From Octopus vulgaris (lineage: Eukaryota): a DNA stretch of 64,000 nucleotides. Positions 38,976-51,955 of this stretch are shown piece by piece. The position numbers were made by a program, and so were the translations under genes. Numbering within the stretch: the first letter of the stretch is position 1; each line of letters starts with the position of its first letter. The stretch is taken from contig OX597818.1 in NCBI GenBank assembly GCA_951406725.2, forward strand, positions 72,788,001 through 72,852,000. Direction: 5' to 3'. Under the pieces are notes generated by a model. The model had not been told where the DNA came from and did not search any database. It saw nothing but the letters and a program-made list of their open reading frames with translations.

Positions 38976-40472
38976 CCACACACACATGTATATATATATA
39001 CATGTGTATGTGTGTGGTCGTGCGTGTGTGTGTGGGTGTATAAACCTTATCGATCGCACATGCTCAATATGTGTGCTTTGCTTTCTGGCTGGCTGGTTCG
39101 GATACTATTCAGGAGTGCTGGATGCGATATTTCACTATTTTTCTAGCTCAGTAATACCACATACCTGAATCGAAACGGAGACGAACGGAATCGCCAGTCT
39201 ATAACTCAATGTGTAAATAGTATACAAATTATTTGCTACAATATATGCTTAAGACTAAATTCAGCAATGGATTAAAAGCGGTGCTAGTGTCAAAAACATC
39301 ATCAGCCGCACATACTGAATGTATGTGTTTTGTTTGTTCTCTTATTTGTCGCGTAAAGTGCCTGGAGGACGACTCCCTCAGTAACTGGATATTAAAACCC
39401 AGCAAGTCACAGACAATGGTATCTGGAGCAATCTGGAACGTGATACTGGTTTACACGGTATCAGTAGCAGTTCTCAACAGCCTGAGAATCGATCACTGAC
39501 CTAACTACTTCTATAGATTTAAAATTATTTGAGGCAATGTTCTTGTTGCTGTTGTTGTTTTTTAAGAATTGGCAGGACCAGATTCATTAAACCTAATTAT
39601 TTGTCTTCGCACGGATATCCTATTTTTATACCCACAAAATTAACGAATGATTTCCTTCCGTCTACTTTTTTTTCTAATACACTATTAAAATTAGAGCGAA
39701 CTTGGTCGCTGTTCCTTGAATATCATGCGATGACGGATGAAATATAACATTGGCCCCCTCCTGCAATTCGTTCCTGCTGTTATTGTTACTACAGTGTTCA
39801 ATCATCCAATCACGCTGTTTCAATTGATGCAGTCTGCCACATTCTTTTCTGTTGCACCTTTCTTTGAAAATAACTTTGAGACAAGTAAATATTTTACAGC
39901 AGCAAATTGACAACATTTCATCAGCAACAGAGACGTTAAGCTCCAGGTTAAGACACGTACTGGTGGGGTAAGTAGAGAGAAGAGAATAGATATGTATGTT
40001 AGGGGGAGAGTGGCATTAATCAAAAGAAATAGGGGAGGAAAGAAGAAAGGAACAAAGAAGAAGATGGTGGTCAAGATATTGTGAAGGGATTCGGAGCAGA
40101 GAGCTATCAGGATAAAATGAATAGGGGGAGGGATACAAGAAAAAGATAAGAATGTAAGCAAGGAATATGTGTGAGAAGCGGGAGGTGGTGTGATATGCTA
40201 GAAAGGCACTAAGGCGAGAAGAAAAGGTAGGGTGGGCTGTACTAAAATGAGTAGTACACATAAAAAAGGATAAGATATAATGGTCAAGGTTCTAAAAATA
40301 GGCGTATTTATTGTACTAACTAAAGTGATAGTGGGGGCTGATGAATCAGAGAGAGAAAGAAAGATGTATATATATATATAGATATACACACATGCGTACA
40401 CATACATATAAATGTGAAGATGCGCTATTATATAGGTCTGCGTATTTATGGAGCTATAGCCATACGCATATC

Positions 40473-40518
<46 letters not shown>

Positions 40519-40668
40519 TGTATATACATTTATAGGCTATCTATATAAAGATTTTCACAGTAAATACATTTACTGATGTAGAAAATCTGTTCGACAGCAA
40601 TAATAATTCTCTAAACGAGATATAGACAGTAAGCCTGCACAGAGAGTCGTTCGTCGAGGGGCGGTGTC

Positions 40669-40721
40669 TGCCATACGTTGATAATAGGCAAACACCTTGA
40701 AACCTGGGTCCGTGTGTGGCA
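40669..40721 (+). ncRNA. Type I hammerhead, U3-A8 variant, copy 1
   Basis: TGCCATACG-TTGATAA-T AGG CAAACA CCT T-GAAAC-CTGG-GTC(40708-40710)-CGTGTGTGGCA. Confidence 0.7.
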
Positions 40722-41026
40722 TCCGCTTCTTCGGGGAATGATCTCCCTTTGCAGGCTAGAGGACGCCGTGATGGCGTCAGCCCTCCCGGTGACGTTGATG
40801 ATCGCCTGGGGCTAAATGCATCAGTAACACCCCCACCGCCCTGCCCTGTCCCTAGCCACATTCGGATGGCTAACGTCCCTTATGTTATGGAGCAGTTATT
40901 GTCTATATCTCGTTTAGAGAATTATTATTGCAGTCGAACAGATTTTCTACATCAGTAAATGTATTTACTGTGAAAATCTTTATATAGATAGCCTGCACAG
41001 AGAGTCGTTCGTCGAGGGGCGGTGCC

Positions 41027-41079
41027 TGCCATACGTTGATAATAGGCAAACACCTTGAAACCTGGGTTCGTATGTGGCA
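41027..41079 (+). ncRNA. Type I hammerhead, U3-A8 variant, copy 2
   Basis: TGCCATACG-TTGATAA-T AGG CAAACA CCT T-GAAAC-CTGG-GTT(41066-41068)-CGTATGTGGCA. Confidence 0.7.
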
Positions 41080-43751
41080 TCCGCTTCTTCGGGGAATGAT
41101 TTCCCTTTGCAGGCTAGAGGACGCCGTGATGGCGTCAGCCCTCCTGGTGACGTTGATGATCGCCTGGGGCTAAATGCATCTGTAACACCCCCACCGCCCT
41201 GCCCTGTCCCTAGCCACATTCGGATGGCTAACGTCCCTTATGTTATGGAGCAGTTACTGTCTATATCTCGTTTAGAGAATTATTATTGCTATATATATAC
41301 CCTTATATGCAAATCATATATACGTATATATGTGTACACACACACTTATACGTACATCATATATACAAGTATACGTATATGTGTGTGTGCGCGTGTATAT
41401 GCATACTATGCAAGCATGCCTACATGTTATGAGTGAATATATGTTAAGCACACCAAACCTTTCATGAAGTTGGTGCGATATACTTCGTCAAAAGATTTTG
41501 AAGACATGTTCAAGTAAAATACAAAAGTATTACAAGCTTTTACTTATACATACAGCATAGGCACATCTCAGAATATATTACATTCAGGCATACTATCACA
41601 CACGCATACACAAACCTACACACACACATACACGTATACACAAATATATCAGCATGTCTATCGGTTCTTACATCATACATAGATACAAAGACAAATACAA
41701 CTAAATATTATATATATGTGTGTGTGTGTATGTGTGTGTGTACGTGTGTGTGTGCCTGTTTGAGTGTGTGTGCATATATATACATATATATACACATACA
41801 TATATATATATATGTGTGTGTGCGTGTGCATGTGTGCATATATATGTTTAGTCGCTTAAATTCGCAAGAAAAAGAAGAAATATATAAAAATATTTGATAT
41901 ATATTTATGAGAGCATTATTTTCCTATTTCATATTCTTGATAATCTTCCAGTTATTCTTCATTCTTGCTTATCAGGAATTTATCATTTTTATTATATTTT
42001 TTGTCAGATTTGTTTAGTAGAAAGTAATGTGAAAATCGAACGACAATAGCAGTGATAAATGAAGAATCAATAATTTACTTCATAAAGAAAATAATCAACG
42101 AGCTCACAGAATAAATGCATTCCATTCAGACATGCTTTCATTATTGGCTCACCTTGCCCCATATGTACCGAACTCATATTTGTTTTCTGTCTTCAATATT
42201 TATGTATAAATGTACGTATGTAGTCATATACAAAATATATATATACACAATCATACATGCATATACATGCATAAAAACACACACGCCTATGTACATGTTT
42301 GTATACTAGCACACACATATATAATCATATAGTAGGTTTTGTTAAATAGTATTTCGTGATCTATTCATATAACCAAAACATACGAGTGTATATCTATATA
42401 ATGAACAATATCCATATTCATGTGTATATTCATGTTTGTGTAATCTATGTAAACTTGTATGAAATTTTTACGTGTGAATCGGCATGATAAATGCATAAAT
42501 ATTTTCAAGCACATATAAATATGCTTATGTATGAATAGTATATAGTATGTATGTATATATGTGTATGTATGAATGTATGCAAGTATTATGTATGCATGCA
42601 CACACGCACACATACATATACATATGTATACACATATATGTAATGTGAAATATGTATGCTTTTAAGTAAATGTATGCGTGTATGTGTGGTACACCCACGT
42701 ACACAGATATGTATATATGTAAACATATATTATTATTCTTATCAGTATACATATTTATAGCTAGAAAAAACGAAACAGTATGAATACATAAACACATAAC
42801 TATACATACACATACACAAGCACTATACAGGCATATCGTGTATGTGTGTTTGTCTCAGTATATGAACTGAAAGAAAGAATTAGTATGTTTACGGCTTAGT
42901 ATATATGCGCTAGCTGTATGTGTACGAGCGTATGCGTGTGCTGGTGTAAGTGTTCGTGTCTGTTTGGGGTAGGGCGGCAAACTAAAAATCGATGCGAATA
43001 TCGATAGAAACCAATTCACATATCACCTAGCGCGACCATTGACAAAATTTTCGAAACAGTAGGAAGAACATCATCAATAACATAAACACTAACAGCGTAA
43101 CCCCCCCCCATCATCATCATCATCACCACCTGTACCAATGTCCCGAGAAACAGTACTACCACCACTTCCATTTCTACAACTAAACAGTACCAACATCACT
43201 ATTACTACCACCAGTATCAAGAACAATTAGAACCACAACAAAGCATACGATTATACAACTACAAAAATTAATAAAAAAAGGAAACAAAAGTTAAATTTTC
43301 TAAACGAGAAGGCAAAAATAAACGCAAAATAAAACAATATGAAATATATCAATATATAAATTGTATTTTAATTAAACGGAAACTAGTCTTGGAGAAAAGT
43401 GGGTGGGGGAGCAAAAACTTCTTTCGTCCCACTTCAACAGCCATAAATCATGTTAGTAAAGCCAAATTTAGGGTAACGAATATAATTGAATAAACTTGTA
43501 GATTCAACCATAATTCATTAGACACTAAAGTAATGTCGAAAGAAAAAAGAAAATAGGTTTCCAGATTAAAAAATTAAAATTTATGTCCCAAGTCTCTATT
43601 CTTTACATCTGACTTAATTCCTTGTGACTCTTGCTGCATTTGTGCATCATTGTATTGTTGTATTTGTTCTAATAACTGTTGTGTTTTCTTTTTTGTTATA
43701 AATCACTAAAAATTTATCCTCGATGCCATTTTTCTTCCTATAAAACGTAGA

Positions 43752-43831
<80 letters not shown>

Positions 43832-43840
43832 ATATCTATC
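43752..43840. repeat. (CTAT)n microsatellite
   Basis: Direct reading. Confidence 0.95.
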
Positions 43841-44225
43841 GAATGGACGGACAGTAGTCGGATCGGCTGCGAGTAAGTGTGCACTTTTGCATGTTTAAAA
43901 GTGTGCGGTCCTGCTAGTTATTTCCATAGGAAGTTAACCCTATGTAGCGTAACTTCCAAATTTTGTGAGTTTGTCTTTGGCTCGCTTAGCCACTTTCCTG
44001 AAGAATATGGCGTCTTCAAACCATAAAGACAGCATTTCTATCGTGTCACACGTTGGTCTGCTCGGCGATACGCTTGACTACGATTTTCCTACACTCCCCA
44101 TAGCACATGTCATTGAAAGAAGGACGGAGGAGTGAAATTTAAAAAGAACAAATACAGACGTAAACATGAATGCCAGTACCAACATCATCACCGACTCCAC
44201 CACCACCACCACCACCACCACCACG

Positions 44226-44256
<31 letters not shown>

Positions 44257-47200
44257 AAAGCAGCACAAAGCTGTCCATCGAAGACAGCACCGCAAGTACC
44301 AACACTACTACTACGACTTCAACTTCAACTGCTACAACTGACACTTCTGCTACCACCACCACCACCACCACCACCACCGCCGCGGACAAAACAAACTTCG
44401 CGGAAGCGATAAAACAAAAGAGAATTATCGTGAAATTCACTGTACAAGAAATAAACAACACAAAGGCGCTTCTCACCAAGGAAGGACATAATTTACATCT
44501 CTACATTCCATAACACATCATAGAAAAAAAAACAATCACATAAAGTTATGAACACGAAATCATAACGACTGGAAAGTGCACTACAACAAAAAATAGAAAA
44601 ATGCCTTCACTTTGTATGGGCTTCCAAGGAATACGTCAATTGGTGGCATAAATTCGGCACAGCCCGAGTCCGAATCCACAATGAAAACCGGGCCAAACGG
44701 TTTTCAACACTGACACTCCATACAGACGATTTGGTGATGATACCGACTTATTTAGGCTACAGAGTGACGATAGTCACAATAAAAATATGTCATCTGAGGT
44801 AGAAACACAAAGACTAGTCTCTGCCATCTACATTGAAATGGCAGAAACAAGCATTCTCGAAATTGCTGTTCTAGAACAGCAAAACTGTGTGGAAAAACAA
44901 TCTAATTACTTCTTCAAATTGATGAAACATCAACAGTGAAATACTCATTTCTATAGAATTGCCAGATGACCACAAACTGTATGTAGTCGTGGAGTGCAGG
45001 CGACCACGCTGCTATCTGGGCGGCAGCAAAACACATTTGGAAAAGAAATATTCAACCGCCGCACAACAAGAAGACGAATAACAACAACCACCACCACCAC
45101 CAAAACACTCTACACAGAAGATGACAGAAGAAGCATACCAAGTAAATCCATCAACAATCGAAAACAATACAACACCTGAGAAAATACCACCACCAACAAC
45201 AGCAAGAACTAAAGAAACAGAATCCACCCCAACAAAACAAAAACGGATTCCCCATTCCCTATACCGCACACACCTCACACACAAACAGTCAACAACCAAC
45301 ATCAACGAAAACAAAAACACAACCACTTACACAAACATACATAGAAGCTTACAACATGCCCCTACTCCCTTTCAATTCCTCAGAAATTTCGTCGGAAGAC
45401 GAAAGCAGTGAGGAATGACAAATAACCAGGAAGGAATGTGGAAGAGGAGCAAGAAAAGAACCAAACAAAAACTGCAAGCGCAAAGCTGGCAGATACACAA
45501 CTTTCGAAAATTTTTCGAACACCAACATTCGTACACACAACACCAACACCAACAAGAACACCTCAAAATCAAACACACCTACAATGCTCACTGCCATCAA
45601 CACGAAAAACTACAGAGTTGATGGAATATATCAACACAAAAACAAACTTAACACACGAAGACATAAAAACAAGTAACCAGCCATACACAACAACACTCAG
45701 GACACATTAAAATATTGTACATCACACCAACCCTGCACCACACACTAAAATACATACACCCCGATACGGTTGGAAGATGCCAGAGGTACTCCTAAATACT
45801 TTACAGTGATCTCCTCGAGGAAAAACTGAAGAAGACATAAAAATCTTCGAACGGTAAGTGACTCTCTGTCCCAATCATTAGTGTTTAAACACACATGGTT
45901 GTATGAATGCGCGTGGCTTGGGGTCCCCTTGGAAACAAGGGTACCTCTTAAACGACATAAAGTCACATGAATTAGAAATCATAGCTCTAAATGAGACTAG
46001 ACACCATAATCTACGGGCTCTAAAGTCCATGTTTGGCGGACAGTTTAACATTTATTTTTCTCCATGTCTGCCGAGGTAGTGGCACGGCGGTACATTTTTA
46101 CACAAGTCTGGATCTCGAAGTAAAGACAATCTTTGACTTGGCTGTCGACGGCAGCAATGCGTGTGCTTTTCAACTCATAATAGTCTACGTACTACTTTAA
46201 GAGGTTGGCCGGATTTCTTTCGACATCTAGAAGTATTCCTAGGAACGTTTCGTCTTTTACTTTTGGTGGGGGATTAGAATGCTACCTTGGACACGCATCT
46301 AGACTACGTGGGCAGAGATAGGAATAGACGGGTATGCAAATGCCTCAGATACCTGCTCAGACGCTTTCAACTGTCTGACAGGTACCGAATCAACCACCCG
46401 AATGCGCCAACGTGGAAATGGACTTCTTTCCCGTCGAGACAGGTTTTCAGAGACCGGATTAGCATGCTAGTAAAGAGGATTGATCAGGAGCTATTATCAA
46501 CAACAAATGGTGGTTTGCCCTCAAGAGAGCAATAAAAGCAGAAGCGATTAGGCATAGCAAAACACTAGCAATAGATAGAAACAGGGTAGAGGGTGACTAG
46601 TTAAGAAGCTAGAAGAGTCGATTAGAAGTGGCATCGCATCCGACGTATTGGCGGCAAGGTAGGTCCTCGACCAACATTCAACGCCAAACACGAAGGGTGT
46701 GTTGTCAGGGCTAGGATGCATACACTAAGGAACGAAGGAGTTGGAGCCGCGCGAGAGGCCCGAGTGTAGGAATCGAATTAGGGCAACAAATCCACCATTC
46801 GGTCTCTGGTGGATAAACAGAGGCGCAAATTATTCGAGCCAAGTAAAATGTGTGAGGTCTTTCAACAGCATTTTGCCCGTCTCTTCAGGATAAGTGGCGA
46901 GCGTGAACACAGGGTGGAATTCAGTACCTAACTGCACAGCCTGCCACAACTCTCGACAATAGAGGCAGAGTGCGGCGAAGGTGCCATCACGGCGGCGGAA
47001 GTGCGGGACGCGATGGCAGAATGCTCGGGGGACAAATCGCCGTGTTTGGATGTTCTACACTACGAGCTTTACAGTTGTATGCCAGGCTTGTTTAGAGACG
47101 TCTTGGCAGCAGTGTACTGCAACTAGTAGCAACACGGGAGCTTCCCAGGTTTTGTGAGCCGAGAAAGATCCAAACAAAGGGGGCGAAATAGATAACTTTA

Positions 47201-47866
47201 GGCCCATCACTCTGCTGAATGCAGACTTGAGAATTTGGGCCAAGGTGTTAGACAAGAAGTTGGCGTTTGTTATGGAGAAACTGGTTGACAAGGCGCAAAC
47301 GTGCGCCGTGCCGGGCCGGAGCAACAATAAGAACTACATCATAGACAGGGCAGTTAAGGAACATGGCATAGGTGGGGCCCTGATCAATTTGGATCAATCC
47401 AAAGCTTTCGATAGGGTAGACCATCGATACTTTGAGGCTGTCTTCATAGCGGCTGGTTTCAGTCCCATCTTCCGCGGCTGGATAGCTGCCTTGTACAGAG
47501 GCATCCTTTCGGTAATTCGCATGAATGGGCATCTATCGAGACCTTTCGACATTGCACGTTCGGTTCGTCAGAGATGCCCCCTCTCGTCGCTTCTGTATGT
47601 ATTGAATCTCGAGGCACTACTGCGGAAGCTGGCGACGCTGAGGAGCATCCCGCGAAAATTGGGAAGCAGGAAGAGCGTATCCGTATTCGCGGACGATGTC
47701 ACCGTCATAATGTCTAGCCAGGAGCACACTGAGCTGGTCGGCGAGACATTGAATGACAACGAAGCGGTAACAGGAGCGAAAATCAACCGGGGAAAGTCAG
47801 TGCGCTTGCGGCTCGGCACCTGGAGAAGCAAGTCCATGCCGTCCAGCAGCGCCTCTGTCGTTGGAA

Positions 47867-48428
47867 GTGTATTCAGCTGAATAAAATTACTGCTGTTTTT
47901 TATCAAGAACTTCCGGCGGTTTATATTTCGTTTGTTATTTATGATAAGCCTAAACCTAAAACCCTAACCCTAACACAAAAACTTTAACCCTAACCCTAAC
48001 CATAAAAAACACTAATCCTAAAATTCTAACCCTACCACTAAAACTCTAACCCTAACCCTGAAACCCTAACCCTAACCCTAAAACCCTAACCTTAAAATCC
48101 TAACCTTTAAATCCTAACCCTAACACCGTAACCCTAAAACTCTAAAGTTAAAACCAGTAAAAACGCACGAACTATGTCATAAATAACAGGACAAACGAAA
48201 AATACCACGCCGATAGTTGTTGTTAACAAACAACGGCAGTAATTTTATTCAGCTGAATACACGTCATTGATTGGTTGAAATTCCTGATAGGACAACTTTA
48301 ATGTGAAATAACTCCATAAAGTTTGTCTCAAAAATGCTAAGAGTAAAAGATGTTTTATATAACACATTGTACCAGTGTCCGGAGTTTGAAATTATCTTTT
48401 AAATCTGTCGGTAAAAAGGTAATGATCC
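47867..48428. mobile_element. MITE-like element with ~80-bp internal inverted repeats enclosing degenerate (CCCTAA)n
   Basis: 47867-47944 versus 48177-48262 inverted (GTGTATTCAGCTGAATAAAATTACTGC); right end AAAAGGTAATGATCC and subterminal sequence resemble MITE 14743-14919. Confidence 0.7.
47949..48140. repeat. Degenerate telomere-like (CCCTAA)n/(AAACCCTAACCCT)n tract
   Basis: Direct reading. Confidence 0.85.
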
Positions 48429-49305
48429 CAAAGCATTCTATATGGGATTAGTGGAGGGGAGGTACGACGACGATCTCGGGGCGTACCTGGGCGTCGACGA
48501 GGAACACCTGAACCACCTGTTCAAGACGGCTTTCGGGCCGGACCCATGGACAAATTCCAGAGATCCCTGGCCTGGCAGTGCTACCGAGAATCGCTACCAG
48601 TTCAGGTTAAGCTGTACAGGCATGGCTCGAGAAACACGGGGCCGACCCGCCCGACATATAACGTCATCCAGTATAAGAAGGTAGTATTTCAAACTTTGTG
48701 TGTCTCTGATATGTAATATGTTTTACAAGAAAATAGTCTACATATATTTTAGAAGCAGTGAATGAATAGATTAAAAATAACCAAGGAAAATATATTTCCT
48801 TAATTTCAACCAATCTCTTCTATTGGATCTGGCAACGATATTTTATACTTCATGCTTATAACCGAGTGACCCTCCACTAGGTTGCCATTTTCAGTTATAC
48901 AAAATTCGCTTCAGTAATTTCAACAAGGAAACAAAGTTGTATCTCTTACTCCTTTGTCAGTAATATTTTAAAGTTATTTTCATTATGATTCTTTTTAGTT
49001 GTTGTAGCCTGACTAGTTTAGAAAACTTTCGTTACAAAAGACCACAGTGTCGATGGAGCACGGAACTCTTAATTACTTCTACATCAAGAATTTTTTCTTT
49101 TAGTTACAAAAGCTCATCTTCCAGTCATTCTTGAATATTCTTGCATCCAAACATTGAGATATACTTAATATATACTTCAGTACCTTCCTACTTCTCATCG
49201 CACCAACAAGTTGAATTTCTATCAAGAAATACATACACACGCCCACCCCCACCACACACACACACATGCGCGCGCGCATGAACACACAGACACGCACGTA
49301 CACAT

Positions 49306-49362
<57 letters not shown>

Positions 49363-49363
<1 letters not shown>

Positions 49364-49645
49364 CCACAGTCGTGGCTGTGTGGTAAGCATCTACCAAATC
49401 CACTTACAAGGCGTTGGTCGGTCTCAGGCTGTAGTAGAAGACACTTGCCCAATGTGCCATTCAGCAGGACTGAACCTAGAACAACGTGGTTGGGAAACAA
49501 GCGTCTTTTATTCATTTAATAGAAGCTTGTTTCCCCACCACATTGTTTCAGGTTCGGTCCTGCTGAAGGGCACCTTGGACAAGTGTCTTCTACTACAGCC
49601 TGAGGCCGACCAACGCCTTATAAGTGGATTTGGTAGGTTGAAACT
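49363..49645. mobile_element. SINE 5' half with local inverted duplication (hairpin)
   Basis: ~49391-49510 is the reverse complement of ~49517-49636; arms share private variants (CAGCAGGA/TCCTGCTG). Confidence 0.8.
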
Positions 49646-49792
49646 GAAAGAAACCCGTCGAATATATATATATATGTTGTATTTAGGAATGGTCATGTTG
49701 CCAGTTTAGCCAATAAAAACACACGCACTATATATTTGGTGTTAATTTGCTTCAGCTTTATATATTTTTTACATTAATCTTAATCTTATTTC

Positions 49793-49836
49793 GATCAGAG
49801 TTCTTTCGTCACACTTCTGTGACATCACCAGTGGTC
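49793..49836 (-). ncRNA. Minimal type I hammerhead (A6G substitution) in a PLE-type 3' fragment ~49676-49900
   Basis: Minus strand GACCA-CTGGTGA-T GTCAC agaagt GTGAC-GAAAG-AA-CTC-TGATC. Confidence 0.6.
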
Positions 49837-50002
49837 CTTTGCTTTCTTCTTTCTTATTTCTGTGTCTCCCCTTACTAACGGTCAGCTACTATTAAGAAAT
49901 TGACAGATTCCATGACTAATAGATTTTTCGAAGTTACCCATCGAAATAATGGTTAAATAATTTATTATGTTAATAAATGTTATAAAATCATTATAGTTTT
50001 AA

Positions 50003-50215
50003 AGCGGCGAGCTGACAGAAACTAAGCAGTTAGCACACCGTCTAAATGCTTAGCGGTATTTCGTCTGTCTTTACGTTCTGAGTTCAAATTCCACCGAAGC
50101 CTTTCATCCTTTCGGGGTCGATAACTTAAGTACCAGTTGCGTACTAGAGTCGATCTAATCCACTAGCCCGCTCTCCCAGAATTTCGGGCGTGGTGCCTAG
50201 AGCAGAAAAGAATAT
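50003..50215 (+). mobile_element. tRNA-derived SINE, third family (CORE-type, inferred)
   Basis: GCGGCGAGCTGACAGAA...GAGTTCAAATTCC...GCCTTTCATCCTTTCGGGGTCGATAA...AGTACCAG. Confidence 0.75.
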
Positions 50216-50425
50216 TATGGTTTTCTGTTGAATATATACTCGATTTATGCTTAATATGTATAATTATGCTTCATGTTCTGAAACAAAAATGTCTACATGG
50301 GCTATATTAGCATAGTTCGTCTAAAAACTGAAGAATGGGATAAAGAAAAGACGTTACACAGAATTATGAAAACATGACAACTGAGAAATCCTAACTTTCA
50401 CTCCTAAGCTATTAAGGTTGTTCTG

Positions 50426-50489
<64 letters not shown>

Positions 50490-50492
<3 letters not shown>

Positions 50493-51095
50493 AGTGAATT
50501 GAAGAAATGGAGTTGAACGAAGATTGAACAGAAATCAGCAGTGACCACACTCTGGTCACTGCTGAGAGATCTGTCAGGGGGTAGAAAATATTTAGTCTCG
50601 GTGACAAAGAACATCTAAGCACCCCGTGCTCTCACCCACCGGAATGACCGCTGCCTGACCCGTTAAAATCTTCAACGCACCCACCACCCGTTTTCAACAT
50701 ACATTGATAAACAGTTTGGCCATGGGCTCTTAGGAGCCTCGTTCGATTTGTTGTGCTCCGCCTCTGTTCTGTTTTTGTTTTTTCCAACGGATTTCCTATT
50801 TCTTCCTGAAGAGAAAGACACAATATGGTCTCCTTATTCAATCGGAATTTGGTAAATTGTGCCTTTCGAAACACGTGTAGAATGCAATAAAACGATTTCT
50901 GTTCAATCTTCGTTCAACTCCATTTCTTCAATTCACTAATAATATTAAAATTCAATTATCCGCACCAACGCACGGTTGCAACACCATATGGTTGTACCTC
51001 CAACCGTGCTGTCTTCTGCTGTGATTTTTGCTACCAAGGTGTCGGTTAAACTTTTGATTAATCTGCAACAAGATTATTCATCTTTCTATTTCACA
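50490..51095 (+). mobile_element. Second copy of the 3181-3900 PLE-type element, with a 47-bp inverted 5' segment
   Basis: 50641-51095 is highly similar to 3453-3900; 50490-50536 is the reverse complement of 50894-50940; (TA)n on both sides. Confidence 0.85.
50797..50889 (+). ncRNA. Minimal type I hammerhead ribozyme
   Basis: TATTTCTTC-CTGAAGA(50806-50812)...CTTTC-GAAAC-ACGT-GTA(50877-50879)-GAATGCAATA. Confidence 0.75.
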
Positions 51096-51101
51096 ATATA
51101 T

Positions 51102-51285
<184 letters not shown>

Positions 51286-51314
51286 TATATATATATATAT
51301 GTGTGTATATATAT

Positions 51315-51955
51315 ATATGTATGTGCGTGTGGAAGAGGGCTGATGACCTTGACGTGAGCGCGCTTGCATGTGTAGCCATGTGGATGATGGTGTGGTGCTG
51401 GGAAGTGGTCAGTGCTAGTGTGAGTGTGCTGGGGTGATTTGATATGGTGTTGTGGTATGGTGGTGTATGGTGTGTTGTGGTGTGTTTCGATGTCGGGAGG
51501 CGAGTGTGGGTAAAGCAAGGGTGGGGTGTGGGTTAGGCTGAGAATGGAGGAGATTTGGGATATGTGGGAATGGGTGTATAGGATGGAGTGGGATGGGATG
51601 GATAGGGAAGGTGGGGCTCGATTGTGTAGAGGTGGGGTTACGAGGGAGGAGTGACGATGAAGGGAAAGGGGGAAGGGAGAAGGTGGGTCGGAGTGAAAAG
51701 AAGAGAGAAGGAGAGTAGGAGTGAAGAGAAGTAGTTGGAGTCGGAGCAAGAGATGAGAGGTGGGTGGGAGGAGGGTTAGATAAAGAGGGGCGGATAGTTG
51801 AGCCCATGTGGAGCAAAGGAGCGAAGAGAGAAGATTAATCCCTGGTCACAGCGAAGACGTGCGTCCGGATAGCCCTTGTGCAAGGACAATCCGGTGCTGC
51901 AAAAAGTGACAATAGCGGAAATGGCGCGAGACCGAGGTGTCATTGCCGAGTCGGA
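51315..51955 (-). mobile_element. PLE GIY-YIG C-terminus plus 3' UTR
   Basis: [33 protein letters not shown] fits the PLE GIY-YIG ending (E..LI..L....P.GLN); UTR matches 5125-5280. Confidence 0.7.

Larger units (their letters stand above)
40534..41289 (+). mobile_element. Retrozyme-like element: 358-bp non-coding tandem unit with one HHR per copy and a 5' inverted segment
   Basis: 40633-40931 repeats at 40991-41289; 40534-40632 is the reverse complement of 40896-40994; flanked by TA repeats. Confidence 0.8.
43850..48680 (+). mobile_element. Degenerate Tx1/L1-like LINE (ORF1, APE, RT), interrupted at 47867
   Basis: ORF1 remnants 44166-45700 (LYVVVECRRPRCY); APE ~45900-46450; RT 47227-47866 (LDQSKAFDRVDH, VRQRCPLS, FADDV); probable later ORF2 piece 48442-48684. 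Confidence 0.9.

Noticed and set aside
40541-41436. Repeated ORFs MASASSGND... and MWLGTGQGGG...
   Set aside because: Non-ATG starts on both strands of a GC-rich tandem unit, no domain recognised; RNA structure explains the sequence better.
47949-48140. True telomere or chromosome fusion site
   Set aside because: Short, degenerate, single orientation and enclosed in transposon-like inverted repeats.
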